Part shown: positions 1-14,033 of the stretch, one piece after another
How the letters are laid out: each line of letters starts with the position of its first letter
Numbering within the stretch: position 1 is the first letter of the stretch
From: Schmidtea nova
Taxonomy: Eukaryota
Reading direction: 5' to 3'
Length of the DNA: 64,000 nt
NCBI GenBank assembly: GCA_044892505.1
Contig: CM097884.1
Location: 99,758,001-99,822,000, forward strand
The notes under the pieces: generated by a model
Database searches by the model: none
The model's input: only the letters and a program-made list of their open reading frames with translations
What the model was told of the DNA's origin: nothing
Translations under genes and position numbers: made by a program

Positions 1-1170
1 CAACACCAGCGAAAACTGTGATAAAGGTCGGATCTTCTTTTCAATTTATTATGTTTAGTTTAGCAATTCGGTAAATAAAGATACATTTCTAAAATCAGAG
101 GTAAATGCATACTTCTTAGTTTAATAAGCAATATAAAGATGTTAACAAGTAAAGTTCCATGCAATCCTAAATGAAGTAAGTTCCTTTTACTTTTATAAAC
201 TTGGTTTGAAGAAAAGAGATTATGTAAACTTATTTTATAACGCCTGTAGAGTCCTTATTGTAATTTATTGGTGACCTTTTAGAACAGTGTTTCTCAGCCG
301 GTAGTCCTTGGAGCGGTTTCGGTAACAAACTAATTTATTATTTCCGAGAAAATCTCAAAAGATATTAAGTTAATATTTGTTGTAAAATAATTTAATTAAA
401 GCTAATGGTGGCTTGACAAAATGTTATTTTTCATTACATAGATTATTTAATTTTTTCATAAGTCATTTCATCTTATATTTTTTTCACTACCATTTTTCTG
501 CGGTAATTTTGTCACATGACATTTTGTTCATTCCATTTTGTCATGGACATCCAAGCTAGTAATATAATAATCCTGCGAAGATAATGTAACAAACGTATGC
601 GTGACGAGTGAGTTAGTGAAATCAAAGTATTGTCACGTCTAAAGTTACTACTCACTACTCACTACTTACTACTCACGCATAATCCTGTTTTACATTTTGC
701 TGAAGTCGGTAGAAAATAAAATAATATTTCACTGGTCCGAGTAACATAATGAGATATTATAGGGTTCATGGTAACTTTTGGATTGGGAAATACTGCTATC
801 GTAAAGAAATAGGATATTGTGTAAAGAATAAGAGTAGACTGCACATTTGAATTTATTTTTTTATTCATTTAAAACCAATTAAAAACTAATTAAAGCAATC
901 TGCAAAATTTAAATTAATTTTTACATACCTGACAATCTGCTCTTTTTGATATGTAATAATATGAGCTCAAACACATTGTTTGAATGAAGGATAATCTAAA
1001 TATAAAAGTTATAAATATTATTTGTTCCTGTTTAACTTTAATATAAATTTAATAATTTTTCTTCATTTAGTTTTTGACTATAGGTCATAGTTAATTTGAA
1101 GGTAAACTGATCTATAATTGTAAACTAAATGAAGATTGATAAAATTTCAAAGAAAACAAACTGTCACTAA

Positions 1171-4100
1171 CAGGACCGTATTCAAACCCTTATAGCCAGG
1201 ATTTGTAAAACGGGTAGGCTTTTTTTAAGCACAACCCGGAAACATCAGCAGTGGAACTTCAAATATGGCGCGAAGCGCCCTTAATAGCGCCGTAGGCGAA
1301 AAGTTTTTGGGGGGCATGTTGTGGGCCACTATAAGGGCGCTACGCCTTACGGGGCCGCTGCGGCATTGTAGTTCTGAATCTCAAAACCTATACAAAAACC
1401 CTAAACCGGTAAAACCGGAGAAATTGTTTCAAAAACCGGAGATTGGAGTACAAAACCCAGAGACTTCGGATGAAAACCGGAAATCTTGTCATCCTAAGTT
1501 GGCTAAAAATTTTGATATTTATGTTTTAGGGTAATTTATTTTTCAAAAAAGATACCACAAAAAATTTTAAAAAATATGACAAAATCTCACAAAAAAATCA
1601 CAAAAAATCAAAGAAAGTTTAAAAAATATAAATTACAGAAAAATAACATAAATATAATATAAAATATTCAATAATGAAAGAGAGTAAATATTTAAAAATG
1701 TCTGTATATTGTAAGAAGTTTATAAAATTATAATATTTCTTCGACTTTTACCATTGACATTAGTAGTATATTTGTCCAATATCTCATTATCGCTAATATG
1801 TATGCCCCGATGGGTTGCCATTAGAACTAATCCTACCAGACGGTTTTCCGACATAGTATTTCTTAAATAACTTTTCAGACGTTGAAGAGTGGAGAAGGTC
1901 CTTTCAACTGAAGCTGTAGAAACAGGTAGCACTGCTAATATTTTAAGAGGTGCATAGATATTTGGCAACAAGTTCTGATCACAGAGAACTAAACTTTCTA
2001 TGGCAGTTGTCGGTAAATGTTCTTGAACTGAACTCCATTTCATCTTCCACAGTTGATATTCCTGGGTAATCACTTTGGGTAGTTCTGGTAAATCATCTTC
2101 ATAAAATTCCGCGGTTGATGAAATATTTCATTCTGCATGTTTTATAGCATAAAGAGGAATAAGACACTGCAATGAAACTATAGACTATTCATGAGTTAAA
2201 CCTTTTGATTAGTGAAGCAATAAAATAGTCAATATATGTAATGAATATTGATCTCCTATAATGCTCTTCAGGGGAATCAAATGGAGCATTATTTCTTTGA
2301 TTTTTGCACACACGTGTTAAAAGTCTCGTGTGCATCAATTTGTTCAGCGACAAGTTTTACTTCCTCATAAATAATCTTGAAGGTAGTTTCCGCATTTTCT
2401 CTCATTTCTTTCAAAGCGTTAATAATGTTGCGAATTTGCATTGCAGTATTCACTAGGTCGATTTCTTTCTTTTGTATATACTGGAAGATGTTTTAAGTTA
2501 GTGCAAGTAATTTTCTGGTAGTAAAAATAGAAACTAGAAAAGGAAACGTACGTATACTATTTAACAATAAATTGGCTTTCTTCGACGATTCCGAACTATG
2601 ATCTATTTTGATGCTTTCAAGAGAATAAAAAATCGGCTCGATAAAATTTTTGAATAACATAACTGCTTCATGTCGCAATACACAGCGATTTTAACATTAA
2701 GTTTTTATTCGGGTTAAATTTGAATTGGGCATCATTTCGTGAATTGTATTTTTAAGAGCAGCACTACGCTTGCCACATAAGTGATAAAATGCGCTAACTT
2801 CCGAAAGAACACCAAATGAATTTCGAATTTCGGGGACAACTGAAGAATCAGATAAACAAAGATTTAAACTATGTGCCACACAGTGCGTATATAAAGTTTT
2901 TGGGTATTTTTCTTTTAAAACAGCTTAAATGCCCCGAAATTGTCCACGCATAGCTTCTCCTCCATCGTAACCTTGTCCTTGAAGGTTTTTTAAGTTAAAT
3001 CCCATATTTTTAATGTTCGTTCTATAGTATCTGCGAGTAAATTACCAGTCAAATCGGATACTGGTACAAAAGTTAGCAAATCTTCACGCAACCTTTAATT
3101 TATATCAGCGTAACGAAAACACAGAGAAAACTGTTCGACTTGGGAAATATCAGTAGTTTCATCTACCAATATTTAAAAAACATCGGAATTGTTAACTTGA
3201 CGCACAATTTCCGATTGTATTAATTCACCAAATATATTAATTTAATAATTTTGTACTTCGGGACTAGTATACATTGCATTACTGGCACTAGTTCTTAAAT
3301 GTTCCTCTAAAAGTACGTCACCACAGTTGGTTCGATAATCACTTGAAAATTACCCGCATTTTCAATTGGTTCAGTAAGATATATCCTTCCAAAATTTAGG
3401 ATATTCTTGAAATGCCATTGTTTGTCTGCCAGATAATTTTATTGTTTGTATGATTGGCTTAAGCTTTTTTCTATTTTCGATGATTAGTTCCTTACGTTTT
3501 GAATTAAGTTGATTGATTATTGTTTCCTGCTTTTTGGTAATAATATTAGTTAAATTATAATAATAAGGTAACAATAGTAACAATAGTAACAATAGTAAGC
3601 TTTCTCGACATTGCGGAGAAGGCTTACTATTGTTACTTTATTATTATATTTTAATAAACTCTGCTAACGACAAACCAATTTGTATTAGTTAAATTATTAG
3701 CGGTGATCAATGAATGCTTATGATATTTGGTATTTTCATGATTTTTAAATATTTAAATAGCGTTCTTATTCATAATAGCTGTGAATGGTGTAATTACTAA
3801 TGCACCATGTTCAAAGGAAGAAGTAGATGGACGAAATAAAACACAATATCTGAAAAATGCTCCTTCTTTCGTTGCTGAATAACTCAACCATTTATAAATT
3901 TCCAGCCACTTAAGTTGAAAATTTCGCTTCTGAGGACTATCCTGTACAACAGGAATTTTACAATTTTAGAAGGTACCCATACGTGATTAAGTAAGTCAGT
4001 GTTTTCTTTGTTGTTAAATGAGGTTCGCTTTTTATCATCTATATATAATCCGATGTCTTTATTATCAACAAGAACAATATTCTCATTTGGAATTAAATTA

Positions 4101-4662
4101 ACTTCGGTTGTATTGGAAGTAATAGTTGAACCTAGATCGGTATTGGGGTTCGCATCGGTTACTGATACGGAAACAAAGGAAGCACCACTGCTCGTAGCTG
4201 AATTACCATCTTCTTTTGAACGTTTACATAAGTTCCTAATATCATTTAGTTTGTCACTATTCTTTATTCTTTTCATAATTTGAATTATGAACTACAAACA
4301 AGATCAATTTTTATTCAATATAAAATAAAAATAAATAAATATTTATTAAACTTACGATTAACGAATTATCAACAAAACTGTAACAGCACAATACAGCCAA
4401 TTCTCATCAAAGCGCAACACACAATCAAATCAGAATAAAACATTATCTACTGACTACTATTTGATGACTGACTACCACCCAATAAAAACACAATTAATAT
4501 CATGCATTTCTGCAGTATTAATAAAACCAACAATACAATTTTTTGAAGCAACCTCCTTTTTATTATTTCTGTTTATATTTTTAAATTTTAGATATTTAAA
4601 AACTGGGTTTCAAAATCGAGGGGTAGGCTGCAGCCTACCTCCTGCCTACGCCTACGTCCCGG
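1171..4662 (-). mobile_element. hAT DNA transposon (ZMYM1/DUF4371-type), decayed
   Basis: Imperfect TIRs CAGGACCGTA (1171) and CCGGGACGTA (reverse complement ending 4662). Near-perfect 8-bp TSD gtcactaa (1163-1170) / gtcattaa (4663-4670). Internal transposase fragments. Confidence 0.8.
1720..4276 (-). pseudogene. hAT transposase, frameshifted and with stops
   Basis: Fragments include the catalytic region DETTDISQ, QGYDG, CVAHSLNL, and the C-terminal hAT dimerisation motif VLPVSTASVERTFSTLQRLKSYLRNTM (ORF 1720..2073). Confidence 0.9.
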
Positions 4663-4962
4663 GTCATTAACAAAAAAATAAATTTTTTTCGATCAATCGT
4701 AAATAATAAATTTTTTATAATTATTATCTCAACAATAAGGAAAAATTTTTCTTAAATAAAATAAAATGCAATTAACATAATAATAAAATCTATTTCAGCG
4801 GCATATTTGTTCTCTTCAGTTACACGTAGCAAATTATTTTTGATCTTATTAAAAAGACAAAAAAACAATATTATGAGTCAATAAATTCAATAAATATCAA
4901 TAATATGTCTGTTAATGACGATAATTTATTATCAATGCTAATTTCATAATTCTTCTAATAAT

Positions 4963-7196
4963 CAGGGTGGAAGTGACGGATACAAAGCAACGGGGCGCCT
5001 CTTGTAAAGGGCGCTTAAAAATAGAATTTTAGTCTCTATTTAATGTCAAAAAACCAATAAAATATATTTTAGATTATAATATAATGCATAATATAATTGG
5101 TGAATTTGCAAGTTTAAAAGCTAGAAAAGAAAATGTCTAGAATAATAGTTTTGTCTGATTTTATAAAGAATTTTATTTATTTTATGTTGTGTTACAGAAT
5201 AATAGTTTCAATAAAAAGAAAAAAATATAAACAAAATAGAACCTGTATTTCAGTTGAAAAAGAATTTTTAATCTTTATGTTTTTATTACAAATTTGTTAC
5301 AAATTTGGCAGCTGCAAACTCGGAAATTACGTCTTCAAAATTATTACTGTGTTGCCTTGTGTTGCTAATTGTGGGTCATAAATAGTTTTTGATTAATTTT
5401 TATTTACTAAAGCTCCTCTCGCACGAAACAACAAATAGGCAAATTGTCACAAATAACTTTAGTGCGACGATAAAATTTGGAAGGGATTCTGTAAATTTTC
5501 TTTCCACGATGAATTTCAAAAAGTCTTTATACCCAACATTGGCTACTTTAAAATTTCTTCTCAACTTTGGTATCCCTTGGAGGAGTTCTGCTTCTGATAC
5601 CTCATCATAAAAAAATTTCATCAAAACTTTGATAAAGCTAATTTCAATTCGTCAATGTTCGCCGAAAGCAAAGTATTTATATGGACAAACCCGAACGATG
5701 AAGCTACATCTTCAATGAACTTTGATCTATTTTGAAATTCAGAAGTATTTTTATTACAGAATAATAGGCTATCCAACGCGTTGTTGAAAGTCTTTTAACA
5801 GAAGCTTTGCTGTGTTTAATAATCACTTGCCAGCGGCTAGTGGAAGCAAAGAAAGATGTAAAATTTGACTCTACTTTCCTAAAAAATGATACACGAGATA
5901 CAATGTGTGCAAATGAGTGCAAATGAGTGGTAAACACATAAATTTATTGAATCTTCAACACATTCAACAAAAGCTGCTTTTTTATTTTTTGCTTTAGAAA
6001 TTGGCTTGTACTCCTCCATGTACACCGCTCATAACAGCTGCATTGTCATAGCCTTGAGACCGACACATCATAATATTTTAACCGTCACTTTCAAGCTTCT
6101 TAAGAATTTCTTCACTTGGATCAGTGGCTCTATTTCCTTTTAAGGGAAAAAATCCAAGGAATACTTCTTTGACTTAGACTTTTATGTTATAAATTTTCAC
6201 AAAACGAATCCCTTCAGACATTTGATCACCATGTGAAATGTCGGGTGTGCTATCAAACATGACGCCGAAATATTTTGCCAATTTAATTTCGTTGACAAAT
6301 TTAGATTTTACGTTGTTCGATAAAACACTTATGAATTCATTTTGTACATCTGGCGACAGGTATGATACTTCTGATGATTTACCATGCTCCAAATTCAATA
6401 TGTGTTCTTTCAGCACTACATCATACTTCGAAAGAATTTCGACTAGTTCTAAGAAGTTGCCTTTACTTTTACAGCATGCTCCTTTATCGTTTCTACGAAA
6501 TGCTAGATTTTGTTTAGCCAGGAACAATGTTATATCTAATAATCTAGATAAAAGATCCTTCCACTTCTGTTTTTCAGTATCAAATAATTGCAAGGATGCG
6601 TCATCTATTGTTTTGTACAATTTTAGTCTCAATTTTAAAGTTTTTCACTTTTCAAGATTTTACAATTGTTCATTTGAAGTTTCATTGTCAGCCACTTTAG
6701 GATTCTGAAAATCCATTCAGAAATGCAGATTTTGTATCAGTGGTATTGGTGGCAGCAAACAAACGACTGCAGAAGAAGTAAAGGTTCTTAGTGATAGAAG
6801 AGTAAATCATCTTCGATTGCAGAACATTTTCACCATCAGACATCTTATAAAACCATTCTTTTGAAAGATGTCGATTATCGCTTTTAGTATTTAATCCGTA
6901 CCTAGATACAGTGCCAAATAGTCCTTCTCTGTTTTGGGAATGTTAAATTCTTTCTTGTATGATCTCAATGCAAACATTATTAGGAACGGGTATACTCCAT
7001 TGAGAGAAGTCTCTCAAGTCCTGCATAGTTAATGATTTATTCATATTATTACCATTTTTGACAGATGCAACATTATCAGTATTATTAATGTCATTGTCAG
7101 CAGTTTCTAAAAAGAACCAATAAAACAATACTCCTAGAAAATGCTCGTCTAAAATGAGTTTCGCATCGGGCGCTTCTAATTCTAGAGCCGGTCCTG
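4963..7196 (-). mobile_element. Second hAT transposon (ZMYM1-type), internally deleted and decayed
   Basis: CAGG...CCTG termini with GGGCGC subterminal motifs. TSD ctaataat (4955-4962) / ctaataaa (7197-7204). Fragments: GNFLELVEILSKYD, FGVMFDSTPDISH (6174..6632), STTRW, FVVSCERSFSK. Confidence 0.8.
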
Positions 7197-7895
7197 CTAA
7201 TAAATATCAAATTTTAAATATAAGTATAATATTTAATTTTGCTTAAATATTACTAATAATCTTTCGAACAATTATGTTTCTTTACTCTATTGAGTATAAC
7301 AGGCTTTACCTCTCAATGTATATGGCATTACGCTCACTATAGGTCTGTTTATTCATTAGGTTGGAGACCATACCTATCGTGTTTGTAAATTATTTTTAAA
7401 TATATATATATATATATATATCTTGAAACTATTCTGAAAGAATTTAATTTCATAATGCTAGATTTTTAAAGTGTTTAAAACCTTCATACTAGTGGACAAC
7501 TAGTCCAACTGAACTTTCTTAAGTTATTTTCGTTCTTGAACTTTTTCCCAATGAAATCTATAAAATCTATCCTTAGACCTAAAAAACTAAACATTTTTTA
7601 AATTAAATTAAATTCCTTATGAATTCTTAACGTATGTATATATTTGTTGTGAAGGAAATTTGTAAACGGGTACTGACAACTTACATCCCTTCTTTGCGGT
7701 TTTTAAAGCCCATTTAAGTTTGGACGAGAGCCTGAAAATGAAACTTTCAATTATTGTCACTGTCATAAAAGCCATGTTTCAACTCAATAGATGTTCAAAG
7801 GGACTTGAAATTATTTTTTCAATATATATTTATATATATATTATTTTATATATTATTTACTGTATTTGAAATTGGTACATTATATTTATAATTAA

Positions 7896-10092
7896 TAAGG
7901 GGACCAACTATTTTTTGTTCAAAAAGAGTACACTTTGCAAGTATTTCATAGGTGAAAAAATAGAAGAAAAAACGACAAAAACTTTATTTTCTTTTAAAAA
8001 CATATTTTTCTTCGGAGTGGATTTTTTTGCTAAATGAGGATGTTCGTCTAATAAAGTAGCCACATCAAAACAACTTTCATTTTGCATATTAAATTTGACT
8101 GTTAAGACGGCAGATAATGTTTTTACTGAAAGTTGCGACTTCTCACTGCTCCAATTATCATTCCCCAATGAAAATACTCTTTCAACTGCAGCATTAGTGC
8201 CTGGACAACATAAAGAAATTTCTATTAAAACTTTCAAATTTTCATGTGTGATATGTTCTAGTCTAAAATGCTGAAAGATTTCTACCCACCTTTTGTCAAG
8301 TTCTATTTTCTCATCGTTCTATTGCTTCAATTTATCTTCATTTAAATATAAATTTACTCTTCGAATTTCTTCAAACAGAAAATTGTCATTAATATAAATA
8401 TCTTTTACTTCCTTCATTACAAATTCGAACGCTGAAGAATTTTCTTCCCATTCAATTTTACTATTCAGAAGGGTCCATTTGAAACAATTTAATGCTTTAA
8501 AGTTCACTATCCATTCTTCGATATATTCATAGCAAATTTTATAAAAATTCTTAACTTCTTTTAAAAGTTCTTTTTTTATTCCGGGATTGGAATCTTCCAA
8601 AATGGCCAGCTTATTCTTTAGAATTAGTGGTAAAAATTCACTATTAAATCTTGATTTACATTGCAGTATGAAATCGTTTAATATAGTACAAACTTCTGCT
8701 GCTGAGATTTTATCTCCTTCAATTTGTAGAGTAAGTTTATGAAACAACGACGTCTGAATGTGAATAAAATAAAGCATAGGTTCTGACATATCGTTTTGAA
8801 AGAATTTCTTCAGAATTGTAGGACATTTGTCAAGAGTTAAAAATATGAGCGTAGTGGATCATATAACTGCAAAATGCGTTCCAATGCTGGAGTTAAAGCA
8901 AGCTATCTAACTTTGGAAAAACCAAGAAGTTTTTTGTATTAGTCACCAGCCTCTTCACAAAATTCTTTTAAACTTGCTACCCGCACTGTAAACCGATTGA
9001 AATATAAATATATATTTGTAATAATTACTTCCACATCTATCGACATTGAACTAGATGCTGTATTGATGGCATTTGATATAACGTGAGCATTACAACCAAT
9101 CCCCAAAATGTTTCGTTTCAGAAAATCTTGTAATTTTGTGTATACATTATTGACACCTTTACGGTTGCGTCCTCCAAAATTAGTATTTGTGTTATCAGCC
9201 GAGAGGGCCAAAATTTTCTTATTCAAATTGTTGTCTGTTATAACTCGAAATAAGTGATTAGACAAAATGTCTGATGTTTCCCCTTTGATTGATTCCAAAT
9301 TTAAAATCTTAATTTGAATACCGTTCTTAATATCGAAATACCTTACTAAAATTGGATAAAGTTTTATTTCATTGTGATTCGATGCGTCTGATAGAATAGA
9401 TATATATGATACAGAATCCAGATTTTTTGATAGCAATTTCTTGCAGTATTCATTAAACACGCTGGTTACGATAGACTCACATTTTGTTGGCGCACAAGAA
9501 AATTTTTCGTCGCAGAATTTTTTTAATAATTTAGTAGTGCAGTCCATATTGCGAAAACTTTGATTATGGATTATTGTGTGATAAGCGAAAGTACACTCCA
9601 TAGCTGCCAATTTTTTTTCATTAGTTCCAAAAGTATTCCCTTTAAAAAATGTTGTCAATTAGGATGTTGACGCTGCTGTGTCATTAGACGTTTTATGTAC
9701 ATTGGTTTCGATGTGTGCCGTTACTGCATTACGCCCATGAATTGCAATTGAAAATTCCCTATCGCAGATTGTGCATTTAACCAAGGAGTCATCATTTCGA
9801 TTTGTAACTACAATGAACGGAAACTCCTTTTTTAAATTTTCGTTTAACCGATTTTTCCTTCTTTTGTTATCCCTCATATTTGAATTAATAATCTAAAAAT
9901 TATATTAATAATAATATTACAAATATTGGAGAGATAGAATTTAAATATTTAATTAATAAAATTGAAATAAAATAGTCTAAAAAAATGTTTTAGAAATACA
10001 AATGAGTACTTTCAGAGTACAGGATTTGAAAAGAGTACGGTTTGCGAAAAAAGAGTACAAAACTCAGTAAATGAGTACAGTTGGACACCTTA
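7896..10092 (-). mobile_element. Third hAT transposon (BED-finger, CGGBP-related type), decayed
   Basis: TIRs TAAGGGGACCAACT / AGTTGGACACCTTA, flanked by direct repeat ataattaa (one-base register ambiguity). Fragments: CTICDREF...HIETNVH finger, ILSDASNH, LSADNTNTNFGG, CPGTNAAVERVFS. Confidence 0.85.
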
Positions 10093-10869
10093 TAATTAAA
10101 AAATAATAAATTGTTTTTTTTTATTTTTGTTAACTTATTAATAGAATGATTAATTGCAAATCTTTTATCATAGAATACGGGAAGGAAAATGATATTGTAA
10201 GTAGAGAAAACGTCGTTTTATTGTTTTCAAAAATTGATAAATTATTANNNNNNNNNNNNNNNNNNNNNNNNNNNNNNNNNNNNNNNNNNNNNNNNNNNNN
10301 NNNNNNNNNNNNNNNNNNNNNNNNNNNNNNNNNNNNNNNNNNNNNNNNNNNNNNNNNNNNNNNNNNNNNNNNNNNNNNNNNNNNNNNNNNNNNNNNNNNN
10401 NNNNNNNNNNNNNNNNNNNNNNNNNNNNNNNNNNNNNNNNNNNNNNNNNNNNNNNNNNNNNNNNNNNNNNNNNNNNNNNNNNNNNNNNNNNNNNNNNNNN
10501 NNNNNNNNNNNNNNNNNNNNNNNNNNNNNNNNNNNNNNNNNNNNNNNNNNNNNNNNNNNNNNNNNNNNNNNNNNNNNNNNNNNNNNNNNNNNNNNNNNNN
10601 NNNNNNNNNNNNNNNNNNNNNNNNNNNNNNNNNNNNNNNNNNNNNNNNNNNNNNNNNNNNNNNNNNNNNNNTTCTCACCCTTTTTAATTTTAAGAAAACA
10701 CATATTTTTTTCTCGAGATTTCTTGAGATTTCTCGAGAAAATATTTTATTAAAATAAAAATCTAATGCAGTATAATATAAACTGAAATTCACATTTTTAT
10801 TATACAACAAAATAAAAAATAATAACGTAAAAATAAATTCTTAAAGTTTTACAAAAATACATAAAATAT

Positions 10870-12790
10870 TTTATAAAAATATAATAAATTAAATCATTTG
10901 TGTGATTTAAAATAATGTTTTAAGAAACACAGAGCGTCCAAAGTTGAATCTTCCATTCTGGTTCTTTTTTGGTAACAAAATCTGTTGCACTAGAAAAATT
11001 CCGCTCATTTTGCGTAGAAGTTGGTTTAATGGTGAGAAGTGCATCCAAAAGATTCTGCAAATTTGAGGTTCTCTTCCCATTTGCTTCAAATATTTTAAAT
11101 TCCTTATCTAATGATTGAAATTTGTTAGCATTCTGACTTTCATACTCTTGTAAACTTTTTGTAATTGCAAAATTTATTTGTTGTTGTAGACTTGCCTCTT
11201 CTTCTCGATCTGAACATTTTTCAATATTTTCAGTGTCACCAATTTCTTCAGTATTATTGTTATCACTGTTTGTAATTTCAAAAATTCTAGATGATATAGA
11301 TTTAGCCAATTTATATATCTCTTTTTTTGGTGCCATGTCAAAGAAACTATCATTTTCTTTATGTGACATACAATCAGGATTCTGTAGGAACCTAATAACC
11401 GATACTAAAGTATAATCCATCCTTTTAGACATTTTCTCCCTAACTGCATTAAGGAGATCTCGACTTAAATTAGTATTTAATTTTTCCAAAGTTGTAAATA
11501 AAAACCTGAGAGCTCCTTCAGCAGTTAATAATGTAGAATCTTTTCGGCTAAGATTTTCAATTGTAATACGGAGTGGTTTTAATGTTGCTAATATTATTTT
11601 AGCAACCTCAAGGTAGTCGTCATTCCATAAACTACCCAAATTTAATTCAATCAATAATGCTTTTTTGATTGAGCCGCTAATTCGTACAAATCTTTCTACC
11701 ATAGCCTCTATTGTGTTCCATCGTGTAGAAAAGTCTAAAAATACCATTAGCTCTTTTTTTTCATCTTTCATTACATATTTTTGTAATATAGCATTTTTAA
11801 AGGGGAAGTTTTTAAACATTTTTGATATTTATATTATGAATTTAATTGCTTTTTCGATTTGGGGTTGCAAATAAACATCAACGTCTTCCACAACTTCTAT
11901 ATCGGAGTCGTCAGAGTTATTATTTTCATTTTCTAAATATTCTATTTCAGATTCGTTATCAGATTCCTCGATACAAGCAAAGTTATCAGGATAGCCCTTC
12001 TTGACATAAAATACTTTCAGAACAGCCAAATGCAACCCGTGATTGTAACAAAGTTGGTGAAATTGAGAAGATAATCTTCCAAATTTCTGCATCACAGCAG
12101 CACCATCACTCATCGTAGCTACGACATCGTCATTAAATATGATATTAAACGATTTTAATTTTTCTTTCACTAATTCCAATGCTTTTTCTGCAGGGCAACT
12201 ATCAACAACAGGAACCATCCTCAAATTGTCTGAATCTTTGTTATTATAATAAAGGTGTACATCCATATATCTTTTATTTTTCATGCTGGTCCATTCATCA
12301 GTGGATATACTGAATTTCTTACCATTACCTTTGTGTTTAATTATTTTTTTTATTAGCTGTTGTTTTACTTCTTCATAAAAGTTCAGCATTAATTGCATCA
12401 CTTTGGTCGAGTTCTGTGGTAAATTAAATCCTTTGCCACTCATAGATGTTCTAATAAATTCACTTTTAGAAATTCTGTGAAACGATATTCCATCAACAGC
12501 TGCTAACTTTGAAACTAATTCACCAATAGTTGGTCGTTTCAAGAAAGATTCAATTGGATTGTCTCCATACCTGTATTTTTTGCATTTTTTGAGGTACTCT
12601 GACCATAATTGTTTTCTTCTCTTTTATACTCATGTACACCTTCAAGATGCCTATGCAGGCCAATAGTCGCCGAACCTTTGCATGAAAGTGGTTTGAGACA
12701 TATTTTACATATTGCCAAATCTTGATTACTTTCACTTTTTTTAAATGTTCCCAACAGTCCCGGTAAATTTTACTCATTTTCTGCGTAAAT
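10870..12790 (-). pseudogene. Fourth hAT transposase (Ac/Hobo-like, BED finger), decayed; termini probably lost in flanking gaps
   Basis: BED finger CKICLKPLSCKGSATIGLHRHLEGVH, FSISTDEWTS, TMSDGAAVM, CYNHGLHLAV, STRWN, LLTIKPTSTQNERNFS. TTCTCGAGA subterminal repeats lie next to both gaps. Confidence 0.9.
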
Positions 12791-14033
12791 GGTTTCTATT
12801 TTTTTAATTAGACTTATTTTAAAAACAGTATTTATAATAAAACATCTACTTACATTAAATTTATTATATAGTTATATGGTTTCCTTTTTTTAATTAAAAA
12901 TGTTTTTACATACAAAACTCTAATTATTACTTCGCTAAAACAAGACTTATGACTTCAAGTTGTTATTTCACAATGAAATTAGTTATATAGTAATTGCTCA
13001 ACTGATAATTTATTTATTATTCAAATATACTATCGGGAATTTCCCGAATTATTAAGTATGGTACAACAACTTAGATATGAGGATGAGAGAATGATGAATA
13101 AGAAAATAGAAAACTAACGGTGTTGTAAAAAAATTGTATGACACTGATGAATAAGAAAACGAAATAGAACGGTAAATTATTAAAACTTTCATAATTACAC
13201 AAAATAACAAAGTTTTATTCAAATAATACACTTAATTATATTTGTTACATATTTCTCGAGAAATATCTAAATTACTCGAGAAATATCTAAATTTCTGGAG
13301 AATTGCTACTTAATAATTTTATCAATTTTATCGAGAATTTCTCTAGAAAGANNNNNNNNNNNNNNNNNNNNNNNNNNNNNNNNNNNNNNNNNNNNNNNNN
13401 NNNNNNNNNNNNNNNNNNNNNNNNNNNNNNNNNNNNNNNNNNNNNNNNNNNNNNNNNNNNNNNNNNNNNNNNNNNNNNNNNNNNNNNNNNNNNNNNNNNN
13501 NNNNNNNNNNNNNNNNNNNNNNNNNNNTAAGTAACAAAATAAGCTTTTGCTGCAATAACAATTTTATTAAGTGAGAAAATTTTCGATTATAAAATAATCC
13601 TCATCAATCTCTATTTCGGCAAATAACTGGTATCTTCATTCATTTCTGCTTATTCTTTCTCGTTTTCATTGGATGTTAATTTGATTAATATAAATTTTTA
13701 ATTTTTAATTGTTTTTAAATGTTTTTTGGTAAAAATTTTAAAATAAAAAATAAAAACTCTAAAATCTTTAAAATTTTTTCGTTTTTTCAGAATAAATAAA
13801 TTTATCTATTTTAAAATTTAAAATTTTTAATTTTATTGTTTGTATTTTATATTTCAATTTTCCAACCCTTTATATTTGAATTTTTTTAATTTAATTATAT
13901 CTCTTTGAAATGCTCATAAATTCTCAGTACTATCTATTTTCTTCCCCTTTTTCCCCTCTTCCTATTTTACTTTCTTCTTTGTAGAACCACATGTTTTTTA
14001 ACAAGATAGTAAGTGGGCGATTTCATTAACTTC

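Noticed and set aside
285-830. Isolated hAT-like end (CAGTGTTTCTCAGCC at 285), MULE-like CCATTTTGTC repeats (about 490-550) and a Helitron-like stretch (about 557-830)
   Set aside because: No partner termini or TSDs identifiable; too fragmentary to call.
1365-1492. Nested hAT-type end (AAAACCGG repeats ending TTGTCATCCTA); ORF 1265..1534
   Set aside because: Only one terminus and no TSD; the ORF is read-through of subterminal repeats.
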